Assembly: GCF_900105015.1 (NCBI RefSeq) | Contig: NZ_FNLK01000006.1 | Coordinates: forward strand, 60,001 to 92,000 | Length of the DNA stretch: 32,000 nucleotides | Direction of reading: 5' to 3' | From: Schaalia meyeri | GTDB taxonomy: Bacteria; Actinomycetota; Actinomycetes; Actinomycetales; Actinomycetaceae | Position numbers and translations under genes: made by a program | Notes under the pieces: generated by a model | The model's input: the letters and a program-made list of their open reading frames with translations, nothing else | The model's database searches: none | What the model was told of the DNA's origin: nothing | Part shown: positions 1 to 8,803 of the stretch, one piece after another | How positions within the stretch are numbered: position 1 is the stretch's first letter | Layout of the letters: each line of letters starts with the position of its first letter

Positions 1-455
1 AGGCTCAGAAAGAATCCTTCCGCGCCCACATCGAGATGGCGCGGACGGCGGACCTGCCCCTGCAGATCCACGACCGCGACGCACACGAGGACACGCTGGA
101 GATCCTGGGGAACAGTGCCGGGGCCGACCAGAGGATCGTGTTCCACTGCTTTTCGGGCGACGCCAACATGGCCACCCGCCTGGCCAGGCGCGGATGGTTC
201 GCATCGTTTGCCGGGCCGATCACCTATCCGGCGAACGAGGACCTGCGCCGGGCCCTGGCCGCCCTGCCGCGCGAACTCGTCCTGGTTGAGACCGACGCCC
301 CGTACCTGACGCCGGCTCCCTGGCGCGGGTGCCCCAACGCCTCCTACGTCATGGCGCACACGGTGCGTTTTATCGCGGATCAGTGGGGAGTCAGCGAGGA
401 AGCGGCGTGCGAGCAGCTGCGGGCGAACACCCGGGCGGTCTACGGCTCCTGGTGA
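1..455 (+). CDS. tatD: TatD family metal-dependent hydrolase (3' part; 5' end lies outside the window)
   Basis: The frame is open from the window edge. The translation QKESFRAHIEMARTADLPLQIHDRDAHEDTLEIL...FHCFSGD...LVLVETDAPYLTPAPWRG matches TatD motifs. It sits upstream of rpfB-ksgA-ispE, as in other Actinobacteria. Confidence 0.8.
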   Translation, partial: AQKESFRAHIEMARTADLPLQIHDRDAHEDTLEILGNSAGADQRIVFHCFSGDANMATRLARRGWFASFAGPITYPANEDLRRALAALPRELVLVETDAPYLTPAPWRGCPNASYVMAHTVRFIADQWGVSEEAACEQLRANTRAVYGSW

Positions 456-559
456 GGGAAAAGCGCCGGTTTTCGGGCGTCGCTCAGGCGCCGGAACCCG
501 CTCGGCGGACTTCTCCGCTCGCGTGACTTGCGTCAAAGTAGTCGCGAAACGGTAACAAA

Positions 560-1801
560 TTGGTTACGGTGGATGAGTCAGTCCGATTCGGGCTACCCAT
601 CGAACAGCGCCGCTCCCAGCCGGCGGATGGTCGGGTGCGGCCTCGAAGCGGAACCTACAAGGTCTGGAGACCCGTGAGCGTTAAGCCCTCCCGCACAGTC
701 GTCATTTCCGTCGCCTCCGCAACCGCCCTCCTGGTGGTCGGCACCGCCGCCACAGCCGTCGGGAGCTCCTATCGCCACGTCACCCTCGAAGTAGACGGTG
801 TCAGCCGCGACGTGTCAGGCTTCTTTACCACCGCGGGCGACGCCCTGAGCAGCGCCGGGGTAAATGTTGGCGACCACGATCTCGTTGCCCCCAGCGCCGA
901 TCACAGCGTCTCCAACGGCGACACCGTGGTCGTGCGCACGGCGACGCGCTACGACGTGACTGCCGACGGAAACGAAACCACCGCGTGGTCCACGGCCTCG
1001 TCGATCTCCGGCGTGCTCTCCGCCCTGCCCGCCACCTCCTCGTCCATGGCCGCCGACCGCTCCCACACGCGCGCCGAAATGCCGATCGGCGAGGGCGGCG
1101 AAACCATCCACGTCGTCGCCGACGCACACACCACCGACGTCGTTGCCTCGCCCGCCGAAGGCACGACCGCGATCCTCTCAAAGGCGGGCATAACCGCCGG
1201 TCCGATCGACCGTGTCACCCTGGAAAGCAATGACGGCCAGACCACCCTGCGCGTCGCCCGCGTCGCGCGCGGCAACGTCACCACCACGACGGAGATCCCC
1301 TACGAGACCGAGGAACGCGAGGATGCCGAGGCCGAAGAGGGCACCGAAACCACCGTGCAGGAAGGCGCGGCAGGCAGCGAGACCACGCAGGCTTATCAGG
1401 AGACCATCGACGGCAACGTGACCGTCTCCGCCGTGGTGTCCACGACCCGCACGGAACCCGCGACGCGCATCGTTTCTAAGGGAACGAAGCCCAAGAAGGC
1501 GCAGGATTCCTCCGGTTCTCGCTCCGGTTCCTCCTCGTCCGGTTCGGGTGGCATCACCGGCGACGACGCTGCCATCTGGGCGGCCATCGCCCAGTGCGAG
1601 TCCGGCGGCAACCCGTCCACCAACACCGGCAACGGCTACTACGGCATGTACCAGTTCTCGCTGCCCACGTGGCGCAGCGTTGGCGGCACCGGCCTGCCCT
1701 CCGACGCTTCGGCTGAGGAGCAGACCATGCGGGCGCGCATGCTCCAGCAGCGTTCCGGCTGGGGCCAGTGGGGCTGCGCATACAAGCTCGGCCTCGTCTG
1801 A
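560..1801 (+). CDS. rpfB: RpfB-like resuscitation-promoting factor (TM anchor, DUF348 repeats, G5, Rpf lysozyme-like domain)
   Basis: There is an N-terminal hydrophobic segment TVVISVASATALLVVGTAATAV. DUF348-like units repeat (VTLEVDGVSRDV...GDTVVVRTA). A Ser/Gly linker precedes the C-terminal Rpf signature AIAQCESGGNPSTNTGNGYYGMYQFSLPTWRSVGG. The TTG start at 560 is uncertain; GTG 569 is an in-frame alternative. Confidence 0.85.
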   Translation: MVTVDESVRFGLPIEQRRSQPADGRVRPRSGTYKVWRPVSVKPSRTVVISVASATALLVVGTAATAVGSSYRHVTLEVDGVSRDVSGFFTTAGDALSSAGVNVGDHDLVAPSADHSVSNGDTVVVRTATRYDVTADGNETTAWSTASSISGVLSALPATSSSMAADRSHTRAEMPIGEGGETIHVVADAHTTDVVASPAEGTTAILSKAGITAGPIDRVTLESNDGQTTLRVARVARGNVTTTTEIPYETEEREDAEAEEGTETTVQEGAAGSETTQAYQETIDGNVTVSAVVSTTRTEPATRIVSKGTKPKKAQDSSGSRSGSSSSGSGGITGDDAAIWAAIAQCESGGNPSTNTGNGYYGMYQFSLPTWRSVGGTGLPSDASAEEQTMRARMLQQRSGWGQWGCAYKLGLV

Positions 1802-1897
1802 CGTGACATTACCCGCGGGCCGGCCACACTCGTGGCGCGCCCGCGGGCGGTCGCGCTAAGCTGACCAGCAGTACCGATAGCGAGTAACTGGAGAATC

Positions 1898-3307
1898 GTG
1901 AGCAACCATCTGAGCACCTCCCTGAGCGCCTCCGCCGCCAGCGCCCTGCACGTCCTCGGCGCCCACCTGCGATCCTTCGCGCCCTCTCCGCGTGCGGTCC
2001 TTAGCGTAGCTGCCCTGGCCTCCGCGGGGGTCCTCGGTATCGCGGGAGTCGGAGTTGCCTCCTCCTACACCTCCGTCATCGTCGAGGTGGATGGCGTATC
2101 CCGACCGGTGGCCCTGTGGGGTAACACCGTGGGCGATGCCCTGGGCGTCGCCGGTGTGAGCGTCGGCAACAACGACCTGGTTCAGCCCGGCACCGGCGAG
2201 GCGGTCCGCGACGGCGACACCATCGTCGTTCGCACCTCCAAGGCGTACGCGGTCACCGTCGACGGGGCGACGCGCACCCTGTGGACCACCGCTTCTTCCG
2301 CCGACGGAATCCTCGCCGACGCGGCGCCGCTCGGTTCGACCATCACGCTGGCCGCGGACCGTTCCGCTTCCCGCGACGAGCTCACCCCGTTGGTGTCTCG
2401 GCCCCGCAACGTTGCCGTCACGGTTGACGGCACCAGCCGCGAAGTGGCAGCGCGGCCCGGCCAGGACGCGCGCGCGATCCTCGAAGCAGCCGGCGTGTCG
2501 GTCCACCCCCTCGACCGCGTGAACGTGATGAATGGATCCACCGGTGAGCTCACGATCAACGTCAGTCGCGTGACCCGAGGACAAGCCACCGCGACCGTCG
2601 AGATTCCCTTTAACGAAACGACCGCGACCAGCAGCGACATGTTCGTCGGCGAATCCCAGGTCACGACGCTCGGCGCGAAGGGCGTGACCACGTGGACGGT
2701 GTGGCAGGAAAAGAACGGCGACGAGGTTCTGACCTCGGTGCCGATTACCGAGCACTCCACGTCCCAGCCCGTCACTCAGGTGCGTTCGGAGGGGACCAAG
2801 GAAGCCACCCCGGCCGCGCTCGTCGCTGCGGGTATCGACCCCAAGGCCACCCTTGAGGAGGCTACGGAGTCCAACGGCACCACCTCGGTGCGTTACCGCG
2901 CGAAGCTGGGCACGATCTCCTCGAAGGCGGAGATTGCCGCCATCAAGGCTGAGTCCAACAACGCAGGCTCGACCGGGTCTGGCAGCGTGCCCTCCAACTA
3001 CTCGGGCGAGGATCCGCGTTCGTTGGCCAAGCCGCTCGTTGAGGCGCAGGGGTGGGGCGCCAGCGAATACCAGTGCCTGATCCAGCTGTGGAACCGCGAA
3101 TCCCAGTGGAACCCGTACGCCGAGAACGCCTCTTCGGGTGCGTACGGCATCCCGCAGGCGCTGCCCGGATCCAAGATGGCCTCGGCCGGTGCCGACTGGC
3201 GGACGAACCCCGTCACGCAGATCAACTGGGGTATCGGCTACATCAAGGGTCGCTACGGCACGCCCTGTTCCGCCTGGGCGCACTCGAACGCGGTTGGCTG
3301 GTACTGA
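1898..3307 (+). CDS. DUF348/G5 domain cell-wall protein with a C-terminal lysozyme-like (transglycosylase/Apf-C-like) domain
   Basis: A GGAG motif lies 5 nt upstream of the GTG start. The architecture parallels the previous gene (VIVEVDGVSRPV...GDTIVVRTS, G5-like middle). The C-terminus differs: YQCLIQLWNRESQWNPYAENASSGAYGIPQALPGSKMASAGADWRTNPVTQINWGIGYIKGRYGTPCSAW. Confidence 0.8.
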   Translation: MSNHLSTSLSASAASALHVLGAHLRSFAPSPRAVLSVAALASAGVLGIAGVGVASSYTSVIVEVDGVSRPVALWGNTVGDALGVAGVSVGNNDLVQPGTGEAVRDGDTIVVRTSKAYAVTVDGATRTLWTTASSADGILADAAPLGSTITLAADRSASRDELTPLVSRPRNVAVTVDGTSREVAARPGQDARAILEAAGVSVHPLDRVNVMNGSTGELTINVSRVTRGQATATVEIPFNETTATSSDMFVGESQVTTLGAKGVTTWTVWQEKNGDEVLTSVPITEHSTSQPVTQVRSEGTKEATPAALVAAGIDPKATLEEATESNGTTSVRYRAKLGTISSKAEIAAIKAESNNAGSTGSGSVPSNYSGEDPRSLAKPLVEAQGWGASEYQCLIQLWNRESQWNPYAENASSGAYGIPQALPGSKMASAGADWRTNPVTQINWGIGYIKGRYGTPCSAWAHSNAVGWY

Positions 3308-3362
3308 GCGTGCTATCGTTGGCAGTGTCCCGTTACCCGACAAATGAGAGGAGGTGAACGCC

Positions 3363-3467
3363 GTGGCTAAAGGATACAAGTGCCCCACGTGTGAGCAGTA
3401 CACGCTTCAGGCGTATACGACTAATCAGCTCAAGTGCTCGCAGTGCGCGACTATCGTGAGGAAGTGA
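3363..3467 (+). CDS. Candidate small zinc-ribbon protein (34 aa, CxxC-N15-CxxC)
   Basis: It starts at a GTG preceded by the strong RBS GAGGAGG (3346-3352). The translation is VAKGYKCPTCEQYTLQAYTTNQLKCSQCATIVRK. It is below the ORF-track size cut-off and was found by reading the sequence. Confidence 0.4.
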   Translation: MAKGYKCPTCEQYTLQAYTTNQLKCSQCATIVRK

Positions 3468-3559
3468 TGCCTTGAAGGGGCCATAGTGGCACAGTTTCGT
3501 TAAGTCATGCAGAAACACTGCTACAATCAACGATATTTGAGCCAAAGAAACGTGTAAAT

Positions 3560-3603
3560 GCTCGGGGTTTGCTGTTGAACAGCAGACCCCGAGCTTCGTT
3601 CTT
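3560..3603 (+). terminator. Strong hairpin with a T-rich tail (candidate intrinsic terminator)
   Basis: GCTCGGGGTTTGCTG (3560-3574) pairs with CAGCAGACCCCGAGC (3580-3594), with one G-U wobble and a TTGAA loop. It is followed by TTCGTTCTT and lies in an AT-rich spacer. Confidence 0.5.
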
Positions 3604-3806
3604 GCGCTTCTCACAAGTGCCAATGAATTACACGCGATTGTTGCTCTGTTGCGACACGAAACTAGACAATCGAAGTGCACTCCTGTGTGACGTTGGTCGG
3701 GGACAGCTGCGCGTCGACCCGGTCGAGGCACCCGCACTGTGAGGCCGGTCGCCTCGCGTGCTGCCCGAACCCGGACTCGCCGGTGCCGTGGACTACACTG
3801 ACCAGC

Positions 3807-4796
3807 GTGACACGATCCCAATCTTCCCGTAGCCAGCGCGACGCGCGCCGCCGCATTGACCCGACCCTGCCCGAGGGGGCCGTCCCCTCCGACACGGGCC
3901 TCCTGGGGCCCCTCGAGGTGCGGGCAATCTCCGAGGCGCTCGGCATCCGCCCCACGAAGGTGCTGGGACAGAACTTCGTCCACGACGCCGGGACGGTGCG
4001 CAAGATCGTCGCGGCCGGCGACGTGCACGCCGGGGACGAGGTCGTCGAGGTCGGGCCCGGGCTCGGCTCCCTGACCCTGGCCCTCCTTGAGGTTGGCGCG
4101 CGCGTGCGCGCCGTCGAGATCGACCCGCCCCTGGCCTCGGCCCTACCCGAGACGGTGCGATCGCGCATGGGCGAGGCGGCCGAACGCTTCCACGTCGTCA
4201 CCATGGACGCCACAGAGATCACCGGAACCAGCGACTTCGGCGTCGACTGGCCGCCGCCCACGAAGCTGGTCGCGAACCTGCCGTACAACGTGGCGGTCCC
4301 CGTGCTGCTCAACATGCTTGAGGCGTTCCCCTCGATTCGGGGCGTCGTCGTCATGGTCCAGGCCGAGGTGGCCGACCGCCTGGCCGCCGACCCCGGCTCG
4401 CGCACCTACGGCGTCCCCTCCGTGAAGGCCTCCTGGTACGGCACGGTCGAACGTGCGGGCACGATCGGTCGCTCCGTATTTTGGCCCGTGCCCGGCGTGG
4501 ACAGCGCCCTCGTGCGCCTCACCCGCCTGGCCTCGCCGCGCGGGGACGACGAGCTGCGTCGCGCGACCTTCGAGGTCACCGACGTGGCCTTTGGCCAACG
4601 TCGCAAGACCCTGCGCGCCGCCCTGAAGGACTGGGCGGGAGGCCCCGACCCCTCAGAGGCCCTGCTGCGCGATGCCGGAATCGACCCGACGCGCAGGGGC
4701 GAGACGCTTTCGATCGATGAATTCGTTCGGCTTGGCCGCGCTGTCCTCCAGGCGCGAGAAGGCGGGATCCTCGCCCCCTCGGACGCTGTCCGCTGA
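3807..4796 (+). CDS. rsmA: 16S rRNA (adenine1518/1519-N6)-dimethyltransferase RsmA/KsgA
   Basis: The translation reads [72 protein letters not shown]. The start is uncertain. The ORF is open from 3675, but the upstream part is Cys/Pro-rich nonsense. GTG 3807 was chosen; GTG 3783 is also possible. Confidence 0.85.
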   Translation: MTRSQSSRSQRDARRRIDPTLPEGAVPSDTGLLGPLEVRAISEALGIRPTKVLGQNFVHDAGTVRKIVAAGDVHAGDEVVEVGPGLGSLTLALLEVGARVRAVEIDPPLASALPETVRSRMGEAAERFHVVTMDATEITGTSDFGVDWPPPTKLVANLPYNVAVPVLLNMLEAFPSIRGVVVMVQAEVADRLAADPGSRTYGVPSVKASWYGTVERAGTIGRSVFWPVPGVDSALVRLTRLASPRGDDELRRATFEVTDVAFGQRRKTLRAALKDWAGGPDPSEALLRDAGIDPTRRGETLSIDEFVRLGRAVLQAREGGILAPSDAVR

Positions 4797-4819
4797 CGCG
4801 CCGAAACGAAAGGAATGTC

Positions 4820-5806
4820 ATGCGTGAAGTGCGCGCCAGCGCGCCCGGAAAAGTCAACCTGACGCTGAGAGTCGGGCCGCCCACCCCCGATGGCTACCAC
4901 CCGCTGGTCACGGTGTTCGAGGCGCTGTCCCTGCGTGAAACCGTCACCGTGCGCACGACGAAGGCCCCTGGCGTGAGCGTGGAGACGACCGCCTACCGAA
5001 GCGATGGCAGCGTCGATGAGGACACGACGCGGGCTATGGCGGCCCTGGATCCTGGCGATCACCTGGCCGTGCGCGCGGCCCGCGTCCTGCGACGGCTCGC
5101 CGCCGCCGGTCCCTGGGCGTCCACCGCCGCCGGAGTGAGCATCCGCGTCGATAAGCGCGTCCCCGTCGCGGGAGGCATGGCCGGCGGCTCCGCCGACGCG
5201 GCCGCCACGCTGGTCGCGTGCAATCAGCTGTGGGAGCTCGGCCTTAGCGCCGACCAGCTTCAGGCCATCGGGCGAGGCCTGGGCGCGGACGTGCCAGCCT
5301 GCCTGGCGGGCGGCATCGCCCTGGGAACCGGGCGCGGGGACCACATGCATCCCCTCCTCCCCGCGCGGCCCGAGGCATCGGCCGCCTCTGGGCACCACTG
5401 GGTCATGCTCCTCGCCCGCGAGGGGCTGTCCACCCCCGAGGTCTTCTGCGAGTTCGACCGATGCGGTGCCGTAAGCGCCCACGGCCTGTGCGAGCCCACA
5501 GCCGAGGAAATTCGCGCCCTGTGCGCGGGGCCTGAAGAACTCAGCCACCGCCTCGTCAACGACCTGCAGGCCCCCGCCCTGCGGCTGCGCCCCGAGCTGG
5601 CGCGCACGATGGACGCCGCCCGGCAGGCCGGGGCCCTTGCCGTGATCCTGTCGGGGTCGGGGCCGACCGTCGCGGCCCTGGCCCGCGACGCCGCGCACGC
5701 CCGGGAACTCGCGAGCTCTCTCGAGGGCGCTCCGACGGTCGCCCGCGCCATCCCAGCCGTCGGCCCCGCCAGCGGCGCCCGCCTCGAAGAGATGGAGGCC
5801 AGCTGA
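4820..5806 (+). CDS. ispE: 4-diphosphocytidyl-2-C-methyl-D-erythritol kinase
   Basis: An RBS GAAAGGA lies upstream. The translation shows APGKVNLTLRVGPPTPDGYHPLVTVF and the GHMP kinase motif PVAGGMAGGSADAAA. Its position after ksgA is conserved. Confidence 0.9.
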   Translation: MREVRASAPGKVNLTLRVGPPTPDGYHPLVTVFEALSLRETVTVRTTKAPGVSVETTAYRSDGSVDEDTTRAMAALDPGDHLAVRAARVLRRLAAAGPWASTAAGVSIRVDKRVPVAGGMAGGSADAAATLVACNQLWELGLSADQLQAIGRGLGADVPACLAGGIALGTGRGDHMHPLLPARPEASAASGHHWVMLLAREGLSTPEVFCEFDRCGAVSAHGLCEPTAEEIRALCAGPEELSHRLVNDLQAPALRLRPELARTMDAARQAGALAVILSGSGPTVAALARDAAHARELASSLEGAPTVARAIPAVGPASGARLEEMEAS

Positions 5807-7740
5807 TGGCGCACCTGCTCGGAACGCAAAACGTCGGCGCGCTCGCAGGATCGCGCAAGCTCCTCGCGGGCGTGACCGTCGGCCTGGACGACGGCTCCCG
5901 GGTCGGAATCCTCGGCCCCAACGGCGCAGGAAAGTCCACGCTGCTGCGCATCGTCGTCGGCACGCAGGAACCCGACGGGGGAGTGGTGACCCGGCGCGAC
6001 GGCGTGCGCGTCGCCCTCCTCACCCAGGCCGACTCCCTGGATCCCGCGGAAACCGTGGTTCGCTCCGTCCACCCGGGCCTGGAAGAGTACGAGTGGGCCT
6101 CGGACGCGCGCGTGCGCGACATTCACGCCGGACTGCTCGCCGGCATTGACCCCGAGGCGCTCGTCGGAACGCTGTCGGGCGGGTCGCGGCGTCGCGTCGC
6201 CCTGGCCAGGGTCCTGGCCTCCGCAGCGGACATCGTATGCCTGGATGAGCCCACGAACCACCTGGACGTCGAGGGGGTCGCCTGGCTGGCCGCCCACCTG
6301 AACGCGCGCTTTGCCCGGCCGGGTGCGAGCGGTGCGCTGCTGTGCGTCACCCACGACCGCTGGTTCCTGGACGCCGTGTGCGAACACATCTGGGAGGTCG
6401 TGCCCGGCGTGGACCCGGGCGGCGACCGCCCGCAGATCCCCGGCCGCGTCGAGATATACGACGGATCCTACGCCGCCTACACGCTGGCCCGTGCCGAACG
6501 CGTCCGGCATGCCGACGTGGCGGCCGCCAAGCGCGCCAACCTGCTGACGAAGGAACTGGCGTGGCTGCGTCGCGGTGCCCCCGCCCGCACCTCCAAGCCA
6601 AAGTTTCACGTCGCCGCGGCCGAAGCCCTCATCGCCGACGTGCCGCCGCCACGCGACACCGTTGAGCTGGTGCGGATGGCGACCTCGCGCCTGGGCAAGG
6701 ACGTCATCGACCTGGAGGACGTGTCCGTTTCCTTTCCGCGACCCGACGGGACGCGCCTGAGCGTCCTTACAGGCGTCACATGGCGACTGGCGCCCGCCGA
6801 GCGCGTCGGCATCGTCGGCGTCAACGGCGCCGGTAAGACGACGATTCTCAACCTGTTGCGCGGTGACCTTACCCCCGACTCGGGACGCGTCAAGCGCGGC
6901 AAGACCGTGCAGGTCGCCACCCTATCCCAGGACACCCACGAGCTCGATGCCCTGGCCGACATGCGCGTCGTCGAGGCCGTGGCGGACGTCGCCCAAAGCG
7001 TCGTCATCGACGGCAGGGAGGTCAGCGCCTCGCAGATGAGTGAACGCATGGGGTTCACGCGGGCGCGCGCGTACACGCGCATCAGCGAGATATCCGGCGG
7101 CGAGCGACGACGCCTCCAGCTCATGCGCCTGCTCATGGGCCAGCCGAACGTGCTGCTCCTGGACGAGCCCACGAACGACCTCGATACGGACACCCTGGCA
7201 TCCATGGAGGACCTGCTCGACACGTTCCCCGGCACCCTGGTCGTCGTCTCGCACGACCGCTACCTGCTCGAGCGCGTCACCGACCACCAGGTGGCGTTGC
7301 TCGGCGACGGGCAGATCCGTGCCCTGCCGGGCGGCGTCGAACAGTATCTTCAGATGCGCGCGCCTACCGATCGCGAGGCGGCCGACGCGTTGCGATCGCC
7401 GGTGCCCTCCCACGCGCCGCCCTCCCCGGTGGGTTCCGCCTCCGGTGCGGACGCGGGCGCTGGTGCGTCGTGCTCCGGTGTTGCGCGCGGTGGGGTGAGC
7501 GACGCCGCGGCGAGGCGCGCGGCGAAGAAGGAGCTGGCCCGCATCGAGCGCAAGCTGGACCGCCTGCGCAGTGAGGCCTCGGCCCTGGAGGAGCGGCTGG
7601 AAGCCCTGTCGATCAGGGCCGCCTCCGATGCCCTGGCCGTGTCGGAACTGACGAAGGTTTCGGCGTCGCACCAGGGCATCCTGGGCGAGATCGAGGAACT
7701 GGAGGATGCATGGCTGGAGGCGGCGGAGCGGGTGGAGTAG
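5806..7740 (+). CDS. ABC-F family ATP-binding protein (two ABC domains, C-terminal coiled coil)
   Basis: There are two Walker A motifs (GPNGAGKST, GVNGAGKTT), two signature motifs (LSGGSRRR, ISGGERRR) and two Walker B motifs (VCLDEPTNHLD, LLLDEPTNDLD). No TM domain is present. The ATG overlaps the ispE stop (TGATG). Confidence 0.9.
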   Translation: MAHLLGTQNVGALAGSRKLLAGVTVGLDDGSRVGILGPNGAGKSTLLRIVVGTQEPDGGVVTRRDGVRVALLTQADSLDPAETVVRSVHPGLEEYEWASDARVRDIHAGLLAGIDPEALVGTLSGGSRRRVALARVLASAADIVCLDEPTNHLDVEGVAWLAAHLNARFARPGASGALLCVTHDRWFLDAVCEHIWEVVPGVDPGGDRPQIPGRVEIYDGSYAAYTLARAERVRHADVAAAKRANLLTKELAWLRRGAPARTSKPKFHVAAAEALIADVPPPRDTVELVRMATSRLGKDVIDLEDVSVSFPRPDGTRLSVLTGVTWRLAPAERVGIVGVNGAGKTTILNLLRGDLTPDSGRVKRGKTVQVATLSQDTHELDALADMRVVEAVADVAQSVVIDGREVSASQMSERMGFTRARAYTRISEISGGERRRLQLMRLLMGQPNVLLLDEPTNDLDTDTLASMEDLLDTFPGTLVVVSHDRYLLERVTDHQVALLGDGQIRALPGGVEQYLQMRAPTDREAADALRSPVPSHAPPSPVGSASGADAGAGASCSGVARGGVSDAAARRAAKKELARIERKLDRLRSEASALEERLEALSIRAASDALAVSELTKVSASHQGILGEIEELEDAWLEAAERVE

Positions 7741-7831
7741 ATTTTTGCCGCCGGGCCTTCCCGTTCGCTAGGATCAGCGGTGGGCGACCAGCAATGGGTG
7801 GTCGCATGTGAACTGAGGGAAGGATGACGGT

Positions 7832-8155
7832 GTGAGTGGACCAGGTTTTGGGCTTGTTGTCGGGGCACAAACGAAGGCAGCAAGCTACGTCGTGGACTGT
7901 GCTGATGCCCTGGTGGGTATTGCGCGCAACTTGGACTCTGACGTGTCGGGGGAATTGTCACGAGTGACGGGCCCCTACTTGTCCGTATTGCGTGAGACGC
8001 TGGACACGTGGGAGGAGGGCGTGGGCGCACACGTGGCCGACTTGGGGCGCTACACACAGGCTCTCGTCGCGGTGGATGAGTCGGTCCTGGCGGCAGAGGA
8101 GGATGCCGTCACAGCTCTGCGCGATGCCGCCTCAGGCTTTGGGGGCGCGGTATGA
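7832..8155 (+). CDS. Small helical protein, first of three WXG100/Lap-like putative T7SS helper proteins
   Basis: It encodes 107 aa from a GTG start with GGGAAGGA upstream. The composition is helix-rich, with a central LDTWEEGVG (W-x-x-G). Its stop overlaps the next start (ATGA at 8152-8155). Confidence 0.6.
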   Translation: MSGPGFGLVVGAQTKAASYVVDCADALVGIARNLDSDVSGELSRVTGPYLSVLRETLDTWEEGVGAHVADLGRYTQALVAVDESVLAAEEDAVTALRDAASGFGGAV

Positions 8156-8451
8156 GCAATCGGGACCTGGTTTTTCGTGAAACGGCCGTGAACTACATGA
8201 TGGACGACATTGCCTGTGCGGTTGCGAAAATACGCGAGGGGAGCGCAGAGATGTCGGATCTCGTGGAGCACGAACTCGTGGAATGGACGGATACCTCCGA
8301 GGCCAGGCAGGCGCAGCAAGCGTGTGCGCAGCGTCTGGATGCGCGAGCTGAAGACCTGGCGGCCGCCTTGGATGCGCTGAAACAGGCGTTCGAGGATATT
8401 CGCCAGGCTGGTATCGAGGCGGAAACCCTGGCTTTTGCGGCGGTGGATTAG
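8152..8451 (+). CDS. WXG100-like small protein (99 aa)
   Basis: The length is ESAT-6-like. The central segment LVEWTDTSEARQAQQACAQRLDARAEDLAAALDALKQAFEDIRQAG resembles the WXG100 helix-turn-helix, with a degenerate W-x-D turn. It is translationally coupled upstream, and a GGAGG RBS for the next gene follows its stop. Confidence 0.6.
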   Translation: MSNRDLVFRETAVNYMMDDIACAVAKIREGSAEMSDLVEHELVEWTDTSEARQAQQACAQRLDARAEDLAAALDALKQAFEDIRQAGIEAETLAFAAVD

Positions 8452-8460
8452 GAGGCGAAT

Positions 8461-8802
8461 ATGGGAAATCATGATTTTGAGGTCGATATCGAGGCGCTGA
8501 CAAAGGCGGCATCGGAGTTGGCGGATCTGCAGGGGCGCAACAGGACGTACGACGTGGCGGATTACACCCCGAACTCCGCGATGGTCCGAGACCCGGTTGT
8601 TGTAGGGGCCCTGGAACGATTTAATACCGCCTGGGATCAGGGGCTTAACGGTATGCTTCGCGACGTGTCTGAGGCCGCGGGGCGTTTGGGCAAGGTCGCG
8701 GGCATTTACGGGGACTACATGACCACATGCGAGGATGCGATGAAGCGGGCGCGTGATGTGGCGGGGTCCGTGTCGACCGATCAGATGGTGGCGGGATCCT
8801 AG
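8461..8802 (+). CDS. Small helical protein (113 aa), third putative T7SS helper
   Basis: An ATG follows the RBS GGAGG. The segment FNTAWDQGLNGMLRDVSEAAGRLGKVAG is helical. The gene ends 1 nt before the toxin GTG start. Confidence 0.6.
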   Translation: MGNHDFEVDIEALTKAASELADLQGRNRTYDVADYTPNSAMVRDPVVVGALERFNTAWDQGLNGMLRDVSEAAGRLGKVAGIYGDYMTTCEDAMKRARDVAGSVSTDQMVAGS

Positions 8803-8803
8803 C

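Noticed and set aside
456-559. A c-di-AMP (ydaO-type) riboswitch upstream of rpfB.
   Set aside because: I looked for the conserved pseudo-two-fold ACGGGG/CCCGA-type elements and could not recognise them by eye in this 100-nt leader. A covariance-model scan is needed for a definite answer.
1856-3403. Very long antisense or alternative-frame ORFs. Examples are 1856-3403(-), 4406-5698(-), 5260-6609(-), 16418-18034(-), 18605-20335(-), 21953-23011(-) and 26880-28277(+).
   Set aside because: They lie opposite or overlapping genes with clear family signatures. Their translations are Arg/Gly/Pro-rich low-complexity strings, typical of stop-codon-poor high-GC DNA. None has a recognisable motif.
8753-8803. 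ATG 8753 as the toxin start (the ORF-track call).
   Set aside because: It would overlap the preceding gene by 50 nt and would add the implausible MMWRGPCRPIRWWRDPS. GTG 8804 directly follows the upstream stop and precedes the conserved-looking helical region. The exact start remains unverified.
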